From: Promethearchaeia archaeon
Lineage (GTDB): Archaea; Asgardarchaeota; Lokiarchaeia; Sigyniarchaeales; SOKP01
Assembly (NCBI GenBank): GCA_029856045.1
Contig: JAHQWG010000047.1
Location: forward strand, 208,178-272,177
Direction: 5' to 3'
DNA length: 64,000 nucleotides
Part shown: positions 29,674 through 40,169 of the stretch, piece by piece
Numbering within the stretch: the stretch's first letter is position 1
Layout of the letters: every line of letters starts with the position of its first letter
The notes under the pieces: generated by a model
Told to the model about the DNA's origin: nothing
The model's input: the letters and a program-made list of their open reading frames with translations, nothing else
The model's database searches: none
Translations under genes and position numbers: made by a program

Positions 29674-30585
29674 TTAATTCTGGAATTCCTTTGTTCTTTT
29701 TATTTCAATATTGAATCCATTTAGAATTTGAGATAAATGTGATTTATCTGGAGCGTTTAATCCCTTCCAATCGTATATAAAATAATCAATTTTTGATTCT
29801 AGTGTTTTGTCAATGATTTGTTTAATCATTTCCTCATTAAGCTCCTGAATAAAATATTTAGGGCAAATATGAGCTATTGCAATATTTGTATTAATTATTA
29901 ATTTTTTAAATTTAGGTGAATAATGGGTTCCACCAAATCCCAGACAGATCATTGGGTTTTCTCTTTTCACTATCCAATATTTTTCAATTGTTTTAATAAT
30001 TGCATCAGCCACTACTTTTCCCGCTCTTTGATCATTCCATTCCGCCTTTATACTACCTAACTCCATAAAAACTAATGGAATGGAATGATTTGTTGGTCCA
30101 TGATGGTTAACTTCCATATCAATTGAAAATTTTCCCTCTTCTAATTCTCCACTTGATTCTAGTAGGGAGAGAAATCCAGCTTTCAATAAAATAGCGCTTG
30201 AATATGCAATTTCTTTTGAATTGCCACCAAATAGTGCTTCTTCGCCCCAATTTCCAGTTGTATGAATTAATAAAGCCGGTTGAGCTGATTTTGAAGCATG
30301 TCTGCTAGCAAAAATTAAAAAATCAGGCTTAAAATCTAATTCTTCTAATTTAAGATCGTCGAGAAAAATTAAACTCTTATCAGTAAGTCCTAAATAAACT
30401 CGATTATTTAATGAAATATCCTCTTTGATGAAATCTTTATCAACTTTATTCAATAGAAAGAGATTATGCCCATACCATTTATTATTTAACTCTTTAAATG
30501 AATAATTTTTTGAATTTATTAATTTATCACGGATATTTATTGATGCGATATCCTCCGAACTCGATATAATCAAAAAATTTAGCAT
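29674..30585 (-). CDS. dtdA: D-aminoacyl-tRNA deacylase (archaeal/plant DTD2)
   Basis: FASRH.S, HTTGN, EVNHHGP, ELGS, GGTHY. Confidence 0.92.
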   Translation of the reverse strand: MLNFLIISSSEDIASINIRDKLINSKNYSFKELNNKWYGHNLFLLNKVDKDFIKEDISLNNRVYLGLTDKSLIFLDDLKLEELDFKPDFLIFASRHASKSAQPALLIHTTGNWGEEALFGGNSKEIAYSSAILLKAGFLSLLESSGELEEGKFSIDMEVNHHGPTNHSIPLVFMELGSIKAEWNDQRAGKVVADAIIKTIEKYWIVKRENPMICLGFGGTHYSPKFKKLIINTNIAIAHICPKYFIQELNEEMIKQIIDKTLESKIDYFIYDWKGLNAPDKSHLSQILNGFNIEIKRTKEFQN

Positions 30586-30716
30586 TATATTATGTAATAA
30601 TACACGCGTTTTAATTAAGATATAATTGAACTTACAATTTTTCGAATGGATTTTGTCATACTAAAAAAATTTGTGATTATGTCAAAATAATGGATCTCTA
30701 TAAATTTAAAATTATT

Positions 30717-31658
30717 TTAAATTCTTCTTGACATTGGCCAAAAAATTTGAAAAATTCTCGCTTTCGCGGATTTTAAATAAAAATATTTTGTTCTACCTGC
30801 TACCCACTTGATTATACATTTATCTATACCCATCTGCTTTATATCCCATAAGCACCATTTTAACAACAACCCTCCGATACCTTTTCCCCGTAAATTTCTT
30901 AATACACCTGTAGGACCAAAACTCCCTGGATGTTGAGCACTATGGGTTGCAAATCCAACAATTTTGTAATTATTGATATCTCGCACAATAAACGTCGTTG
31001 AAGGATCATTCTCAAACGAAATAAGAGTCTCTTCTGGCCATGTACCTTTACCAAAATGTTTTTTAATAAAAGCTACAGTTTCTTCTTTATCTTTTTGTAA
31101 TGTTCGTGATATTTTATATCCATTTATTTCTTTCAGAGGTTCTTCTTTTGGAAAATTGTCTTTATCAACTCCTAAATCGGTTCGAAATCGTTCAAAGAAA
31201 TTATTTTTAAAACCTAATTTCCTCAAAAAAAAGTATGCTTCAGTATGTCTTGGATCTAACCCGGGCAACCAATAACGAGGATTTGAGTCCATGATAGAAA
31301 CTTTCATTCTCCAAACTGCATTTTTTTGTTGTTTCGCTCTTTTAAAAAGCTTATTCATCATTTCAGTTCCTATTCCTCTATATCTGTAATTCTTTTCTAC
31401 AACGAACATCTTTATAACTAATTTATTGCGAGATTTTGGTAGTATACATCTTCTAAACACTGCAAAAAAAAATGCTATTGGTGTATTATTCTCATCAACT
31501 GCAACTAAACTCAATTCGGGATTATAATCTTCGTCCATTAGCGTTGCACGCTTAAAAGTATCAAATGAAAAGGAATAAAATAAAACATTTTCTTCACACA
31601 TTGTATAAACAGAACTTAAATTGCTTTCAGTGAGAGGATCGATGTTTAATTCTTCCAA
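30717..31658 (-). CDS. Tandem GNAT acetyltransferase
   Basis: YRYRGIG and FGPTGV...RGKGIGGLL motifs. Confidence 0.85.
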   Translation of the reverse strand: MEELNIDPLTESNLSSVYTMCEENVLFYSFSFDTFKRATLMDEDYNPELSLVAVDENNTPIAFFFAVFRRCILPKSRNKLVIKMFVVEKNYRYRGIGTEMMNKLFKRAKQQKNAVWRMKVSIMDSNPRYWLPGLDPRHTEAYFFLRKLGFKNNFFERFRTDLGVDKDNFPKEEPLKEINGYKISRTLQKDKEETVAFIKKHFGKGTWPEETLISFENDPSTTFIVRDINNYKIVGFATHSAQHPGSFGPTGVLRNLRGKGIGGLLLKWCLWDIKQMGIDKCIIKWVAGRTKYFYLKSAKARIFQIFWPMSRRI

Positions 31659-31745
31659 ATTCTTCCAACAATTAGATTTTTAATTCTATATTGTTTAATT
31701 TTCTTTAATATTAATAAATTTAATTAAATACTGTTAATCCAAATA

Positions 31746-33017
31746 ATGTTAGATTTTCAAGTTGCAATAATTCCTCAGGAAAATTATGATAAATCAGAGA
31801 TTGCTTTAAAAATTGGAACATATTTTGACCAAGCAGGTTATAATTTTAAAGAAAAAACCGTTTTAATTAAACCTTCATTTGTATTTGCTATAGGAGATGC
31901 GGAAAGGACATTATCAACAAATACTAATGTCGCCCTAATTTATGGAGTTGCGCAGGCGCTATCAATTAGGGGAGCCTCAAAAATTTTAATTGCTGAAGAT
32001 AGAACAATCGGTCCCGCAAGATACGCATTTTATATGATCAATATAAAAAAGACTGTAAATGGCATAAAAAATGTTAAAATGTGTTATTTAGATGAAAAAA
32101 AGAAAGTTAAAGTTGTAGTAAATAATCCTTTCATTCCAAATCATATAATTAAATACCCTAAATTACTAATTGATGATACAGTAGATTTTTTTATATCATT
32201 ACCTAAATTAAAAGCAAATATCTTTGCTGATATTACTCTAAGTATAAAAAATAATCTGGGTTTAATTTCTAAAAAAGAACGACTAAAATTTCATGATGAT
32301 AGACTTCATATGCACCTTGCAGATATTGCACTAATTCGCCAACCAGATTTAATTATTGCAGATGCTATTGTTTCTGGGGAAGGTCAAGGACCATATGAAA
32401 CTACAAATGTATATACAAACATGTTGGTTGTTGGAACAAACTGTCTTGCAGTTGATGTAGTATGTTGTTATCTTATGGATCAAAATCCAAGTGAGATTGA
32501 ACATCTAAAAATTTTACATGAGAGAGGCATAGGACCTTTAAATATTAATGATATAGATATTAAAAATAAGAATTATCTTGATACTAAAAAAAAGAAATTT
32601 AAAATGCCTGATAGAAATCTAGAAATGTCTCCTTCGATTAAAGTGTATCTAGGAAAAAAATCATGCCAAGCTGGTTGCTTAGGAATGATTAGAGCATTTT
32701 TAGATGGATATAGTATAAAAAAAGGATGGGATTCACTAGGAGAATTAAACTTAATATTGGGAGAAAATATTGAAATTCCAAAAAATGAACTTGATAAACT
32801 GAATAAAAAAAATACAATCGTTTATGGAGATTGTGCAAAAGAGTATAAGAAATATGGGATTTATTTTAAAGGATGCCCACCAGATTATGTAAAAGCATTA
32901 TTAAAAATGTCACTTAAATCCTCTTTAGGCAAGTCTCCATGGTTTGAATATTTTTCACCTTGGAATTATGTTAAAGCCTGGATTGTCCATATACTACAAA
33001 AAATATTTAGATTTTAA
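31746..33017 (+). CDS. DUF362 family (Fe-S) protein
   Basis: VLIKP, LPKLK, TLSIKN, DAIVSGEGQGP; C-terminal CQAGC, GDCA, GCPP. Confidence 0.8.
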   Translation: MLDFQVAIIPQENYDKSEIALKIGTYFDQAGYNFKEKTVLIKPSFVFAIGDAERTLSTNTNVALIYGVAQALSIRGASKILIAEDRTIGPARYAFYMINIKKTVNGIKNVKMCYLDEKKKVKVVVNNPFIPNHIIKYPKLLIDDTVDFFISLPKLKANIFADITLSIKNNLGLISKKERLKFHDDRLHMHLADIALIRQPDLIIADAIVSGEGQGPYETTNVYTNMLVVGTNCLAVDVVCCYLMDQNPSEIEHLKILHERGIGPLNINDIDIKNKNYLDTKKKKFKMPDRNLEMSPSIKVYLGKKSCQAGCLGMIRAFLDGYSIKKGWDSLGELNLILGENIEIPKNELDKLNKKNTIVYGDCAKEYKKYGIYFKGCPPDYVKALLKMSLKSSLGKSPWFEYFSPWNYVKAWIVHILQKIFRF

Positions 33018-33041
33018 GCAATTTTAAAAAAATTTTAAAAT

Positions 33042-33182
33042 ATGAAGACCCTCACGGAAAAAACTCCTTCAAAGTGCAATTTGGTTTGACAAGGTTATTC
33101 AAAAGGTACATGTGAGGTAATTTTAAAAGATGGAACTACTCAACCTGCATGTAAATCGACATTGAAATATAAAAATGGGTAG
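33042..33182 (+). other. Cys-containing small ORF with in-frame TGA (pseudogene or readthrough candidate)
   Basis: MKTLTEKTPSKCNLV(TGA 33087)QGYSKGTCEVILKDGTTQPACKSTLKYKNG-TAG; frame stays open 32 more codons after the TAG. Confidence 0.25.
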
Positions 33183-33312
33183 CATTATAGACTAATCAAA
33201 TCGATGCATTTATCACGTCTTGAAGATTATTTTTCAATATGTACCGGAAGATCAGATGGTAGAAGTTATTTGTTAGATTAAAATAAAGGCGGACCTTATA
33301 TGAAATATTTTA

Positions 33313-34206
33313 TTAATGGTTTCTGATAAAATCGCGAATTGTTCTATACCCGATTATTTTTATACCGTACTTCTTAACACACTTCTTAATACGTGGATCG
33401 GTAAATGCTTCATAATCTTGATTTCGCCAACTTGCTGAATCCGGTGTTATAGCTCTTAATTCTGGACTCATTTTTGCTGGATGAAATAAAAAGTGTGTCA
33501 AACCGGGTTTTATTTCTGCAAAAAGTTTACAATAATACTCAACTTTATCTGGTTGCTCCCCCCCTGTATCAATAATCATATGATCCATTAGAGGAACACC
33601 ACTTGCCTCTAGCTTTGAGAACATTTTTAGAAAAACATCAGCTTGATCTCCTCGTCCTATAGCGATTAATTCTTCTCTAGTTAATCTTGGTAAAAATGCA
33701 GGAACATTAAAGTCTCGAGCTACCCTTAGGTATGACGGAATGAATTTGGGATTCAAAACAGTTCCCATATGTGAATCTATGTGCGTAACATCAATTCCAT
33801 TGTCTAAAGCCATCTGAATTTGTAAACGCATTTCGATTTCAGCCGCCTTAACAGTTACATTGGCAATCGCCTCCTCCTCAGTACGCCAGAGACATTTTTC
33901 TGAATCCAATAATCCTGTCTTGGAATCAACACTGCTCAATGCACGCCAGCGATACAGATCATATTCACACGTGAGAGTTAAATGAATACCAAGATCATAT
34001 TTTGGGTTATTCCTATAATTTGATGCTACTTCAAAAAACCAAGGGGCAGGGACAAGAATAGAGCCACAGCTAGCTATCCCAAAATCTAAACATTCAAAAG
34101 ATGCTACATTTGAACTATGAGAAAAACCAATATCATCAACATGGAATATAACAACTTTATCAGATGCTTTAAAACCAAGTTTTTCAATAAGTGTTAAATC
34201 CTTCAT
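33313..34206 (-). CDS. YdjC/ChbG family carbohydrate deacetylase
   Basis: HVDDIG, GIHLTL, THIDSHM, FHP. Confidence 0.88.
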   Translation of the reverse strand: MKDLTLIEKLGFKASDKVVIFHVDDIGFSHSSNVASFECLDFGIASCGSILVPAPWFFEVASNYRNNPKYDLGIHLTLTCEYDLYRWRALSSVDSKTGLLDSEKCLWRTEEEAIANVTVKAAEIEMRLQIQMALDNGIDVTHIDSHMGTVLNPKFIPSYLRVARDFNVPAFLPRLTREELIAIGRGDQADVFLKMFSKLEASGVPLMDHMIIDTGGEQPDKVEYYCKLFAEIKPGLTHFLFHPAKMSPELRAITPDSASWRNQDYEAFTDPRIKKCVKKYGIKIIGYRTIRDFIRNH

Positions 34207-34271
34207 ATTTTAATCTCGTGTTTCATATTTAATAATTACTTAAAAACAGTAGGTTCATCTGTAATTTGAAA

Positions 34272-34931
34272 TTATAACTTAATATCCACAGTTATTTTGG
34301 CCAATTCTTTTATTCTTCTTACTCCTTCAACTGCATCATCAGCAAAATCATCAGCACCCAATTTTTTAGCGAGTTCCATATTTAAAGGCGCTCCTCCAAC
34401 GATAATTTTAACCTTATCTCTTAAACCAGCTTTTTCAAGTTCTTCATGAACATTTTTAATTTCCTCAACTGTCATCGTCAATAAAGAACTAAGACCAATA
34501 ATTTTTGCTTTAGTTTCTTTTACCGTCTCAACTATTTTCTCTGCTGGAATATCCATACCAACATCTATTACTTCGAAACCAGCACTTAGGAGTAGAGATG
34601 ATAGAATATTTTTTCCTATATCATGATTGTCTCCTCGAACAGTAGCCACAATGATTTTGACTTTTTCTTTCCCTCCACCTTCGGCTTCTAATTTTGGTTT
34701 AAGGATTTTAAACGCTTCTTTCATTGTCTCACCCGCAAGAACTAATTCAGTAAGATAATATTCCTTTTTTTCATATAATTCTCCAACTTTATCCATACCT
34801 TTGGTTAATGCATCTAAAATACTCATTGCGGTTTTACCCTCACTCAATGATTCTTTTACAGCGTCTGCAATATCGTCAACTTCAAGCTCAATAATTAATT
34901 CGGTTAATTTTTCAAATTCCATTTTATTCAA
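34272..34931 (-). CDS. Corrinoid (B12-binding) methyltransferase protein, MtaC/MttC-like
   Basis: GDNHDIGKN, GLSSLLT, VGGAP. Confidence 0.92.
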   Translation of the reverse strand: MNKMEFEKLTELIIELEVDDIADAVKESLSEGKTAMSILDALTKGMDKVGELYEKKEYYLTELVLAGETMKEAFKILKPKLEAEGGGKEKVKIIVATVRGDNHDIGKNILSSLLLSAGFEVIDVGMDIPAEKIVETVKETKAKIIGLSSLLTMTVEEIKNVHEELEKAGLRDKVKIIVGGAPLNMELAKKLGADDFADDAVEGVRRIKELAKITVDIKL

Positions 34932-35098
34932 TACTCAATTCATTATTTTCTACAAAAATCTAATATTTATTTATAATTTTAAATTCTAAAAAAGTTTTTC
35001 TGAAGTAGTATTTAGAAAAGTTGAGAGAATAATTTGGCTTGAAAATTTTAAAAAATATTTAATAAGTTTTTAATTCTGTTTTTCGTTTCTTATGAATT

Positions 35099-35845
35099 AT
35101 GGAAAACAATAATTTTGTGAATTCTAAAGAATCCATTGAAACCAAAAAAAAACCATTAATTGTTTTAAAAGACGTGTTAAAAGAGTATGATATAGGAGAT
35201 TGGATTATTAGGGCAGTGGATCATGTCAATTTATCGATTTTTGAAACGGAATTTGTTGCAATTGTGGGACCTTCAGGTGCAGGAAAAACAAGCTTATTGA
35301 ACTTAATTGCAGGATTGGATTCAGTAAATGAGGGAGAAATCTATAATTCGGGAATAAGAATTACCGATATGTCTGAAGAATCCTTAGCTACATTCAGAAT
35401 TTTTAATATTGGATTCGTCTTTCAGAATTATAATCTTATATCAACTCTAACTGCTGAAGAGAATGTAATTTTTCCAATGATGTTGGCTGGAATGACCTTA
35501 GATGAGCGAAGGGACAGAGGCTTAAGATTATTGGGGGAAATGGGGTTGGAAGAGAGAAGAGAACATTTACCATTCCAACTTAGTGCAGGGGAACAACAAA
35601 GAGTTGCAATTGCCCGGGCATTGGGTAATGATCCCCCAATAATCATTGCAGATGAACCAACAGCTAATTTAGATATGGAGACTGCGGAGTTTATTGCAAA
35701 ATTATTTAAAAAACTAAAAGAAAACAAAAAAACTTTAATAATTGCAACTCATGACAAGGTTCTAATTAAACAAGCAGATAGAATAATTACTTATAAAGAC
35801 TCGCAAATAATAAAGCAAGATATTATACATGATATTTTACAATAA
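35099..35845 (+). CDS. ABC transporter ATP-binding protein (LolD/MacB type)
   Basis: GPSGAGKT, LSAGEQQRVAIAR, ADEPTANLD, ATHD. Confidence 0.95.
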   Translation: MENNNFVNSKESIETKKKPLIVLKDVLKEYDIGDWIIRAVDHVNLSIFETEFVAIVGPSGAGKTSLLNLIAGLDSVNEGEIYNSGIRITDMSEESLATFRIFNIGFVFQNYNLISTLTAEENVIFPMMLAGMTLDERRDRGLRLLGEMGLEERREHLPFQLSAGEQQRVAIARALGNDPPIIIADEPTANLDMETAEFIAKLFKKLKENKKTLIIATHDKVLIKQADRIITYKDSQIIKQDIIHDILQ

Positions 35846-35859
35846 TAGAGGGATATTAA

Positions 35860-37752
35860 ATTTCACTAGATTTCGCAATAAAGGACCTAATAAGAAAAAA
35901 AGAAACGACTATTCCAAATTTAGTTATAGTCATTTTAGTCTCAGCATTAGTAGTTTATTTCATATATTTTTGGAATTCTTTAGGAGTTAATATATTCTAT
36001 GAAAATAAGTATTTATTCACAGCAAGCATCCGTGAAATTTACTACGAATTTAATGTCTTCATTTTAATTTTGGTGTTAATAATAGCCAGCACAGTTATAG
36101 TCATTATAATCTCGTCTTTATTTGCGTACAAAAAGAGAGATATTGCGATAATGAAATCTTTAGGAGCTTTGCGCGAGAAATTTTATAGCTTTTATATGAA
36201 AGAAGCATTAATTATTTATCTCGTTGGCTTTTTAATTGGATTAATTATAGGGTTATTATCTTATGGATTAACTAGTTTAATTTTATTATTTCTTAATTTT
36301 TCAGTAAATATTTATATAGATTTTTTTTGGATTCCTATTTTTTTCTTCTTAACTCTATTCGCCGTTTATGTCATAAGCGGTTATGTATTAAGAAAAATCA
36401 CTCAACAAAAGATTCAGTGGATATTTTCGAAAGATATACAACATGATTTTGATGCACAAAAGACATTAACATTAATCCCTAGATGGCTTTCTCGATTTGG
36501 ATTTAATCTAAAAATTGCCATTACCAATTTAATTAGAAGAAAAGGTGAATTTAAGAGATTTTTAATTTTATTTGGTACAATAATGACTCTTATCTTTACA
36601 CTTACGATTGGGGTTTTTGTGTTGACTTCATCTGCAGAAAATTGGATATCTAGATCACAAGGAAATAACTTAATTGTAATTGGTCATAGAGATGTAGTAT
36701 ATAATTATTCTTTAATGTATCAAAAATTTTCTGATTTAAATATTGATACCAATGAACCAAAATTTAACTTTACCAAATCAAATTACTTATTTGATTCAAG
36801 TATTTTATCCTCATTCGAATCAATTGAAGGTATTCAAAAAATAGATAAAAGATTAATTACTTTTTCAACAATAAAAGAAATTAACAGTTCAATAATTATT
36901 GAAGGACAGTATATCTCTGTAGGAGAAGATAGATACGCCACAATTCCTTTAATTGGAGTTGATCCAAATGAGATGTGTCAAGATTTTGAAATTGAAGGGG
37001 TATTTTTTACAGATGAAGATGGCTATGATAATATTACAATTGGCGATTCTCTTGCAAGATTCACATTTTCTGTTCCATTATATCAGAAATTAAGAGTAGG
37101 AAATGGCACTTCATATCACATTAAAGGAATTTTAATCGATAGTTTTAATAATGGATACACAGCATATTTTGATTTAGAAACGTTAAATGAAGAAATGGGC
37201 TTACCCATAGATAATATTAATATCATTCTGATTCAAGCTAATTCAATAGAAATTGATGCTTTGGAAAATCAACTGGAAACAATAATTAAAAATGAATTAG
37301 GTCAAGAATTTATTGCAATGAATATGAATAATGTTTTTAATCAGAATTTATTCAAGTTAAAAACATTGAATATTATCCCTATAATTCTTATTATCCTTTT
37401 CTCAGCAATTTCATACCTTTCATTATATAATTATCAGAAAGTAGCTTTGCATGAAAAGGTTAAGGATTTTATAATTATGAAAGCAATTGGTGCAAAAAGC
37501 AAATCACTAAAGCGAATTTTATTCATAGAGAACTTCTTTATTATAATTATATCATCCGCTTATTCTATAGGAGTATCAATGTTAATAAACATTTTATTTT
37601 TATTTGAAAGAGTTACTTTGCCACCATTTTATGAACCGTTATTAATATTTATTGGATATCTTTCAATCTTCTTAATATTAAATTTCCTCAGTATAATACC
37701 TTTGAGTAAAAAGATAAAGCAATTTTCAATTAAGGATTTTGAAGTTTATTAA
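35860..37752 (+). CDS. FtsX/MacB-type ABC permease; start extended to ATT 35860
   Basis: Frame open 70 codons upstream of the track start: (I/M)SLDFAIKDLIRKK...; in-frame TAA at 35857-59 directly before ATT; GAGGG SD; two KRDIAIMKSLGA-type motifs. Confidence 0.85.
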   Translation: MSLDFAIKDLIRKKETTIPNLVIVILVSALVVYFIYFWNSLGVNIFYENKYLFTASIREIYYEFNVFILILVLIIASTVIVIIISSLFAYKKRDIAIMKSLGALREKFYSFYMKEALIIYLVGFLIGLIIGLLSYGLTSLILLFLNFSVNIYIDFFWIPIFFFLTLFAVYVISGYVLRKITQQKIQWIFSKDIQHDFDAQKTLTLIPRWLSRFGFNLKIAITNLIRRKGEFKRFLILFGTIMTLIFTLTIGVFVLTSSAENWISRSQGNNLIVIGHRDVVYNYSLMYQKFSDLNIDTNEPKFNFTKSNYLFDSSILSSFESIEGIQKIDKRLITFSTIKEINSSIIIEGQYISVGEDRYATIPLIGVDPNEMCQDFEIEGVFFTDEDGYDNITIGDSLARFTFSVPLYQKLRVGNGTSYHIKGILIDSFNNGYTAYFDLETLNEEMGLPIDNINIILIQANSIEIDALENQLETIIKNELGQEFIAMNMNNVFNQNLFKLKTLNIIPIILIILFSAISYLSLYNYQKVALHEKVKDFIIMKAIGAKSKSLKRILFIENFFIIIISSAYSIGVSMLINILFLFERVTLPPFYEPLLIFIGYLSIFLILNFLSIIPLSKKIKQFSIKDFEVY

Positions 37753-37833
37753 GAAACAATTTTGGAAAATTTTTTATTATTGAAATTTGTTATAATTTAT
37801 TAAGGTAAAAAGTGATAAAAGGAGTTTTTTTTA

Positions 37834-39024
37834 TTGGAACAACTTAAAGCTGAAGTAGAGCAATTAAAAAAAGAATTAGATTTTAAAAAAAGGGAGATTA
37901 GCCAATTAAAAACTGATTTAGAACTCAGTGAAGATTCAATTTCCTCATATGAAGAGGAACTCAAAAATTTAAATAACCTTATTAATAGTGTAGGGATCAA
38001 ACGTGCATATGGTAAAAAAATCCAATTAAAATTAGGAGAAACAGAAAAAGAATTAAGAGAATTAAAAAATAATATGGGTTTGCTCAGAAAAGAAAAAATT
38101 CAAATTCAACAACAATTAAAAGAGGAGATAAAGAAAGGATCAAATGAAATGGGACACATTATTGAGATTAAGGAGGAAGAAGTGCCTGTCCATAATCTTG
38201 TAAAAGATTTAACAAACAAATTGAACAAACAACGGCTATTAATAACTCGGTTAAAAAACGAATTGAGCGAAAGACCAAGTAAAGAAGAGAGTGAATTATC
38301 AAAACCAATTAAAATGGATCTTGGAAAAGATATTACAGAATTACACCAAAAACTTGAAAATAAAGAAAAAGAATTAAATGATTTGAAAGAAAAATTTGAG
38401 AGAAAAGAAGAAGAAATCAATGAATTAAAAATAAACATTAAAGACTCAAGAATGGATCAAAAAAAAGGAACGGAAACTGGTCCTCTAAGCAAACTTGTAA
38501 AAGAACTTCAAGAAAAATTAAATGAATTAAAAAAAAAAAATAATAAACTCCAAAAAAAGCTAGAAGAACAACTTCAATCTCCAAAAAAGGATAATGAACT
38601 TCAAAATCAAGTATCCAAATTGGAATCTGAACTTAAAAAAAAAGAAACAGAATTAGATAAAATATTAAAGCAAAATAAGAGTTTAGAAGAAAAGGTTAAA
38701 ACTGTTGATTCTTCAAAAGTTGATAAAATTTTAACTGCAAAAAACAATGAAATTACCAATTTAACCAAGGACTTATATTTAAATAAAAACAAAACGGAAG
38801 AACTTCAATCTAAATTAAATGGAATGGAGCAAAAATGTATATCTTTACAAAATGAGTACATTAAATTACAAGAACATCTTAAAGCTCCAAAAATTGATAT
38901 ACAAGAAGGGAAAATAGATAATGAGCAAGAGCTTAGAATCAGAGAATTACGCACTATTATCGAAACACTTAAAAAATTAACAAAACAACAACGAATTGAA
39001 ATAAATTACTTAAGAAATAAATGA
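37834..39024 (+). CDS. Long coiled-coil protein
   Basis: K/E/L/N-rich heptads throughout; AGGAG SD; TTG start. Confidence 0.75.
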   Translation: MEQLKAEVEQLKKELDFKKREISQLKTDLELSEDSISSYEEELKNLNNLINSVGIKRAYGKKIQLKLGETEKELRELKNNMGLLRKEKIQIQQQLKEEIKKGSNEMGHIIEIKEEEVPVHNLVKDLTNKLNKQRLLITRLKNELSERPSKEESELSKPIKMDLGKDITELHQKLENKEKELNDLKEKFERKEEEINELKINIKDSRMDQKKGTETGPLSKLVKELQEKLNELKKKNNKLQKKLEEQLQSPKKDNELQNQVSKLESELKKKETELDKILKQNKSLEEKVKTVDSSKVDKILTAKNNEITNLTKDLYLNKNKTEELQSKLNGMEQKCISLQNEYIKLQEHLKAPKIDIQEGKIDNEQELRIRELRTIIETLKKLTKQQRIEINYLRNK

Positions 39025-39041
39025 AAGCTTAAGTTATTCTA

Positions 39042-40034
39042 ATGAATTTAGAACTAATTATTCTTGGCTCAAGTGGGGCTATTCCAGTGAAAGATAGGAA
39101 TTTACCCGGTATTTCAATTAGATATAATTCTGAGATTATTCTATTTGATTGTGGTGAGGATATTCAGAGAAGATTTCAGCAAGCTGGATTAAAATTCAAT
39201 GTACCTTTAACAATTTTTATTTCTCATATGCATGGAGATCATGTTATTGGCTTACCAGGTTTATTATTTAATTTCTCTTTAAAAGATAGAGATGCGCCTG
39301 TTAAAATTTATGGCCCTCCATCAATATTTTTATATCTTTTTTTACATAAAAAAATTTTGGGGCTATTTACTCCATACGATTTAGAAGTAAATGAAATTGA
39401 TTTAAAAAATTTAAAAATTACAAGATATAATGGTTTAAATTCTGAAAAAAAAAAAGAAGAAATTGATATTATTGATAATATTCTTTTTGAAAACAGAAGA
39501 TACATGATAAAATCTACAATGGTAAAACATTCGGTTCTAACATATGCATTTTCATTTGTAGAAAAACCAAGATTTGGTAAATTTAATCCGGAGAAAGCAA
39601 AGGAACTTAATATACCGGAAGGATATCTTTGGAAAAAATTACATAATGGAGAAAAAATAAAATTTAAAGGGAAAATAATAAATCCTGAAAAAGAGGGAAT
39701 TGTTGGACCAAAAAAACCCGGGAGAAAGATAACATATTCAGCAGATACTACACCTTGTGAATCTTTAATTGAGTTGGGCAAAAATTCAGATATCTTGATT
39801 CACGAAGCTACATATGATAAATCGCTTAATGATGTTGCTAAGGAAAAAAAGCATTCAACAACCATTGATGCTGCCGAAATGGCTAAGAAAATGAATGTAA
39901 AACAACTAATTTTATTCCATTTCTCTTCAAGATATAATAACGATAAATCTATTGAGCTTTTAATAAATGAAGCCAAAGAAATATTCGAAAATACAATTGG
40001 AGCCTATGATTTATTAAGAATTGAATTAAAGTGA
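39042..40034 (+). CDS. rnz: Ribonuclease Z
   Basis: FDCGE, SHMHGDH, exosite arm with PEG, HEAT, HFSSRY. Confidence 0.95.
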   Translation: MNLELIILGSSGAIPVKDRNLPGISIRYNSEIILFDCGEDIQRRFQQAGLKFNVPLTIFISHMHGDHVIGLPGLLFNFSLKDRDAPVKIYGPPSIFLYLFLHKKILGLFTPYDLEVNEIDLKNLKITRYNGLNSEKKKEEIDIIDNILFENRRYMIKSTMVKHSVLTYAFSFVEKPRFGKFNPEKAKELNIPEGYLWKKLHNGEKIKFKGKIINPEKEGIVGPKKPGRKITYSADTTPCESLIELGKNSDILIHEATYDKSLNDVAKEKKHSTTIDAAEMAKKMNVKQLILFHFSSRYNNDKSIELLINEAKEIFENTIGAYDLLRIELK

Positions 40035-40169
40035 AAAGAGTTAAAACAAAATTTGGGCACAAAATTACCTGTTATAATAGGAAAAAGATATTTTATGCTA
40101 TGATTAGAAATTTTTCCTAATATCTACTATTTATATCCTTAAAAAGAAGAAAAATTAAATAATTAATAT

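Noticed and set aside
33180-33182. Pyrrolysine readthrough of the TAG, given the nearby corrinoid protein
   Set aside because: No methylamine methyltransferase similarity and no pyl genes in the window
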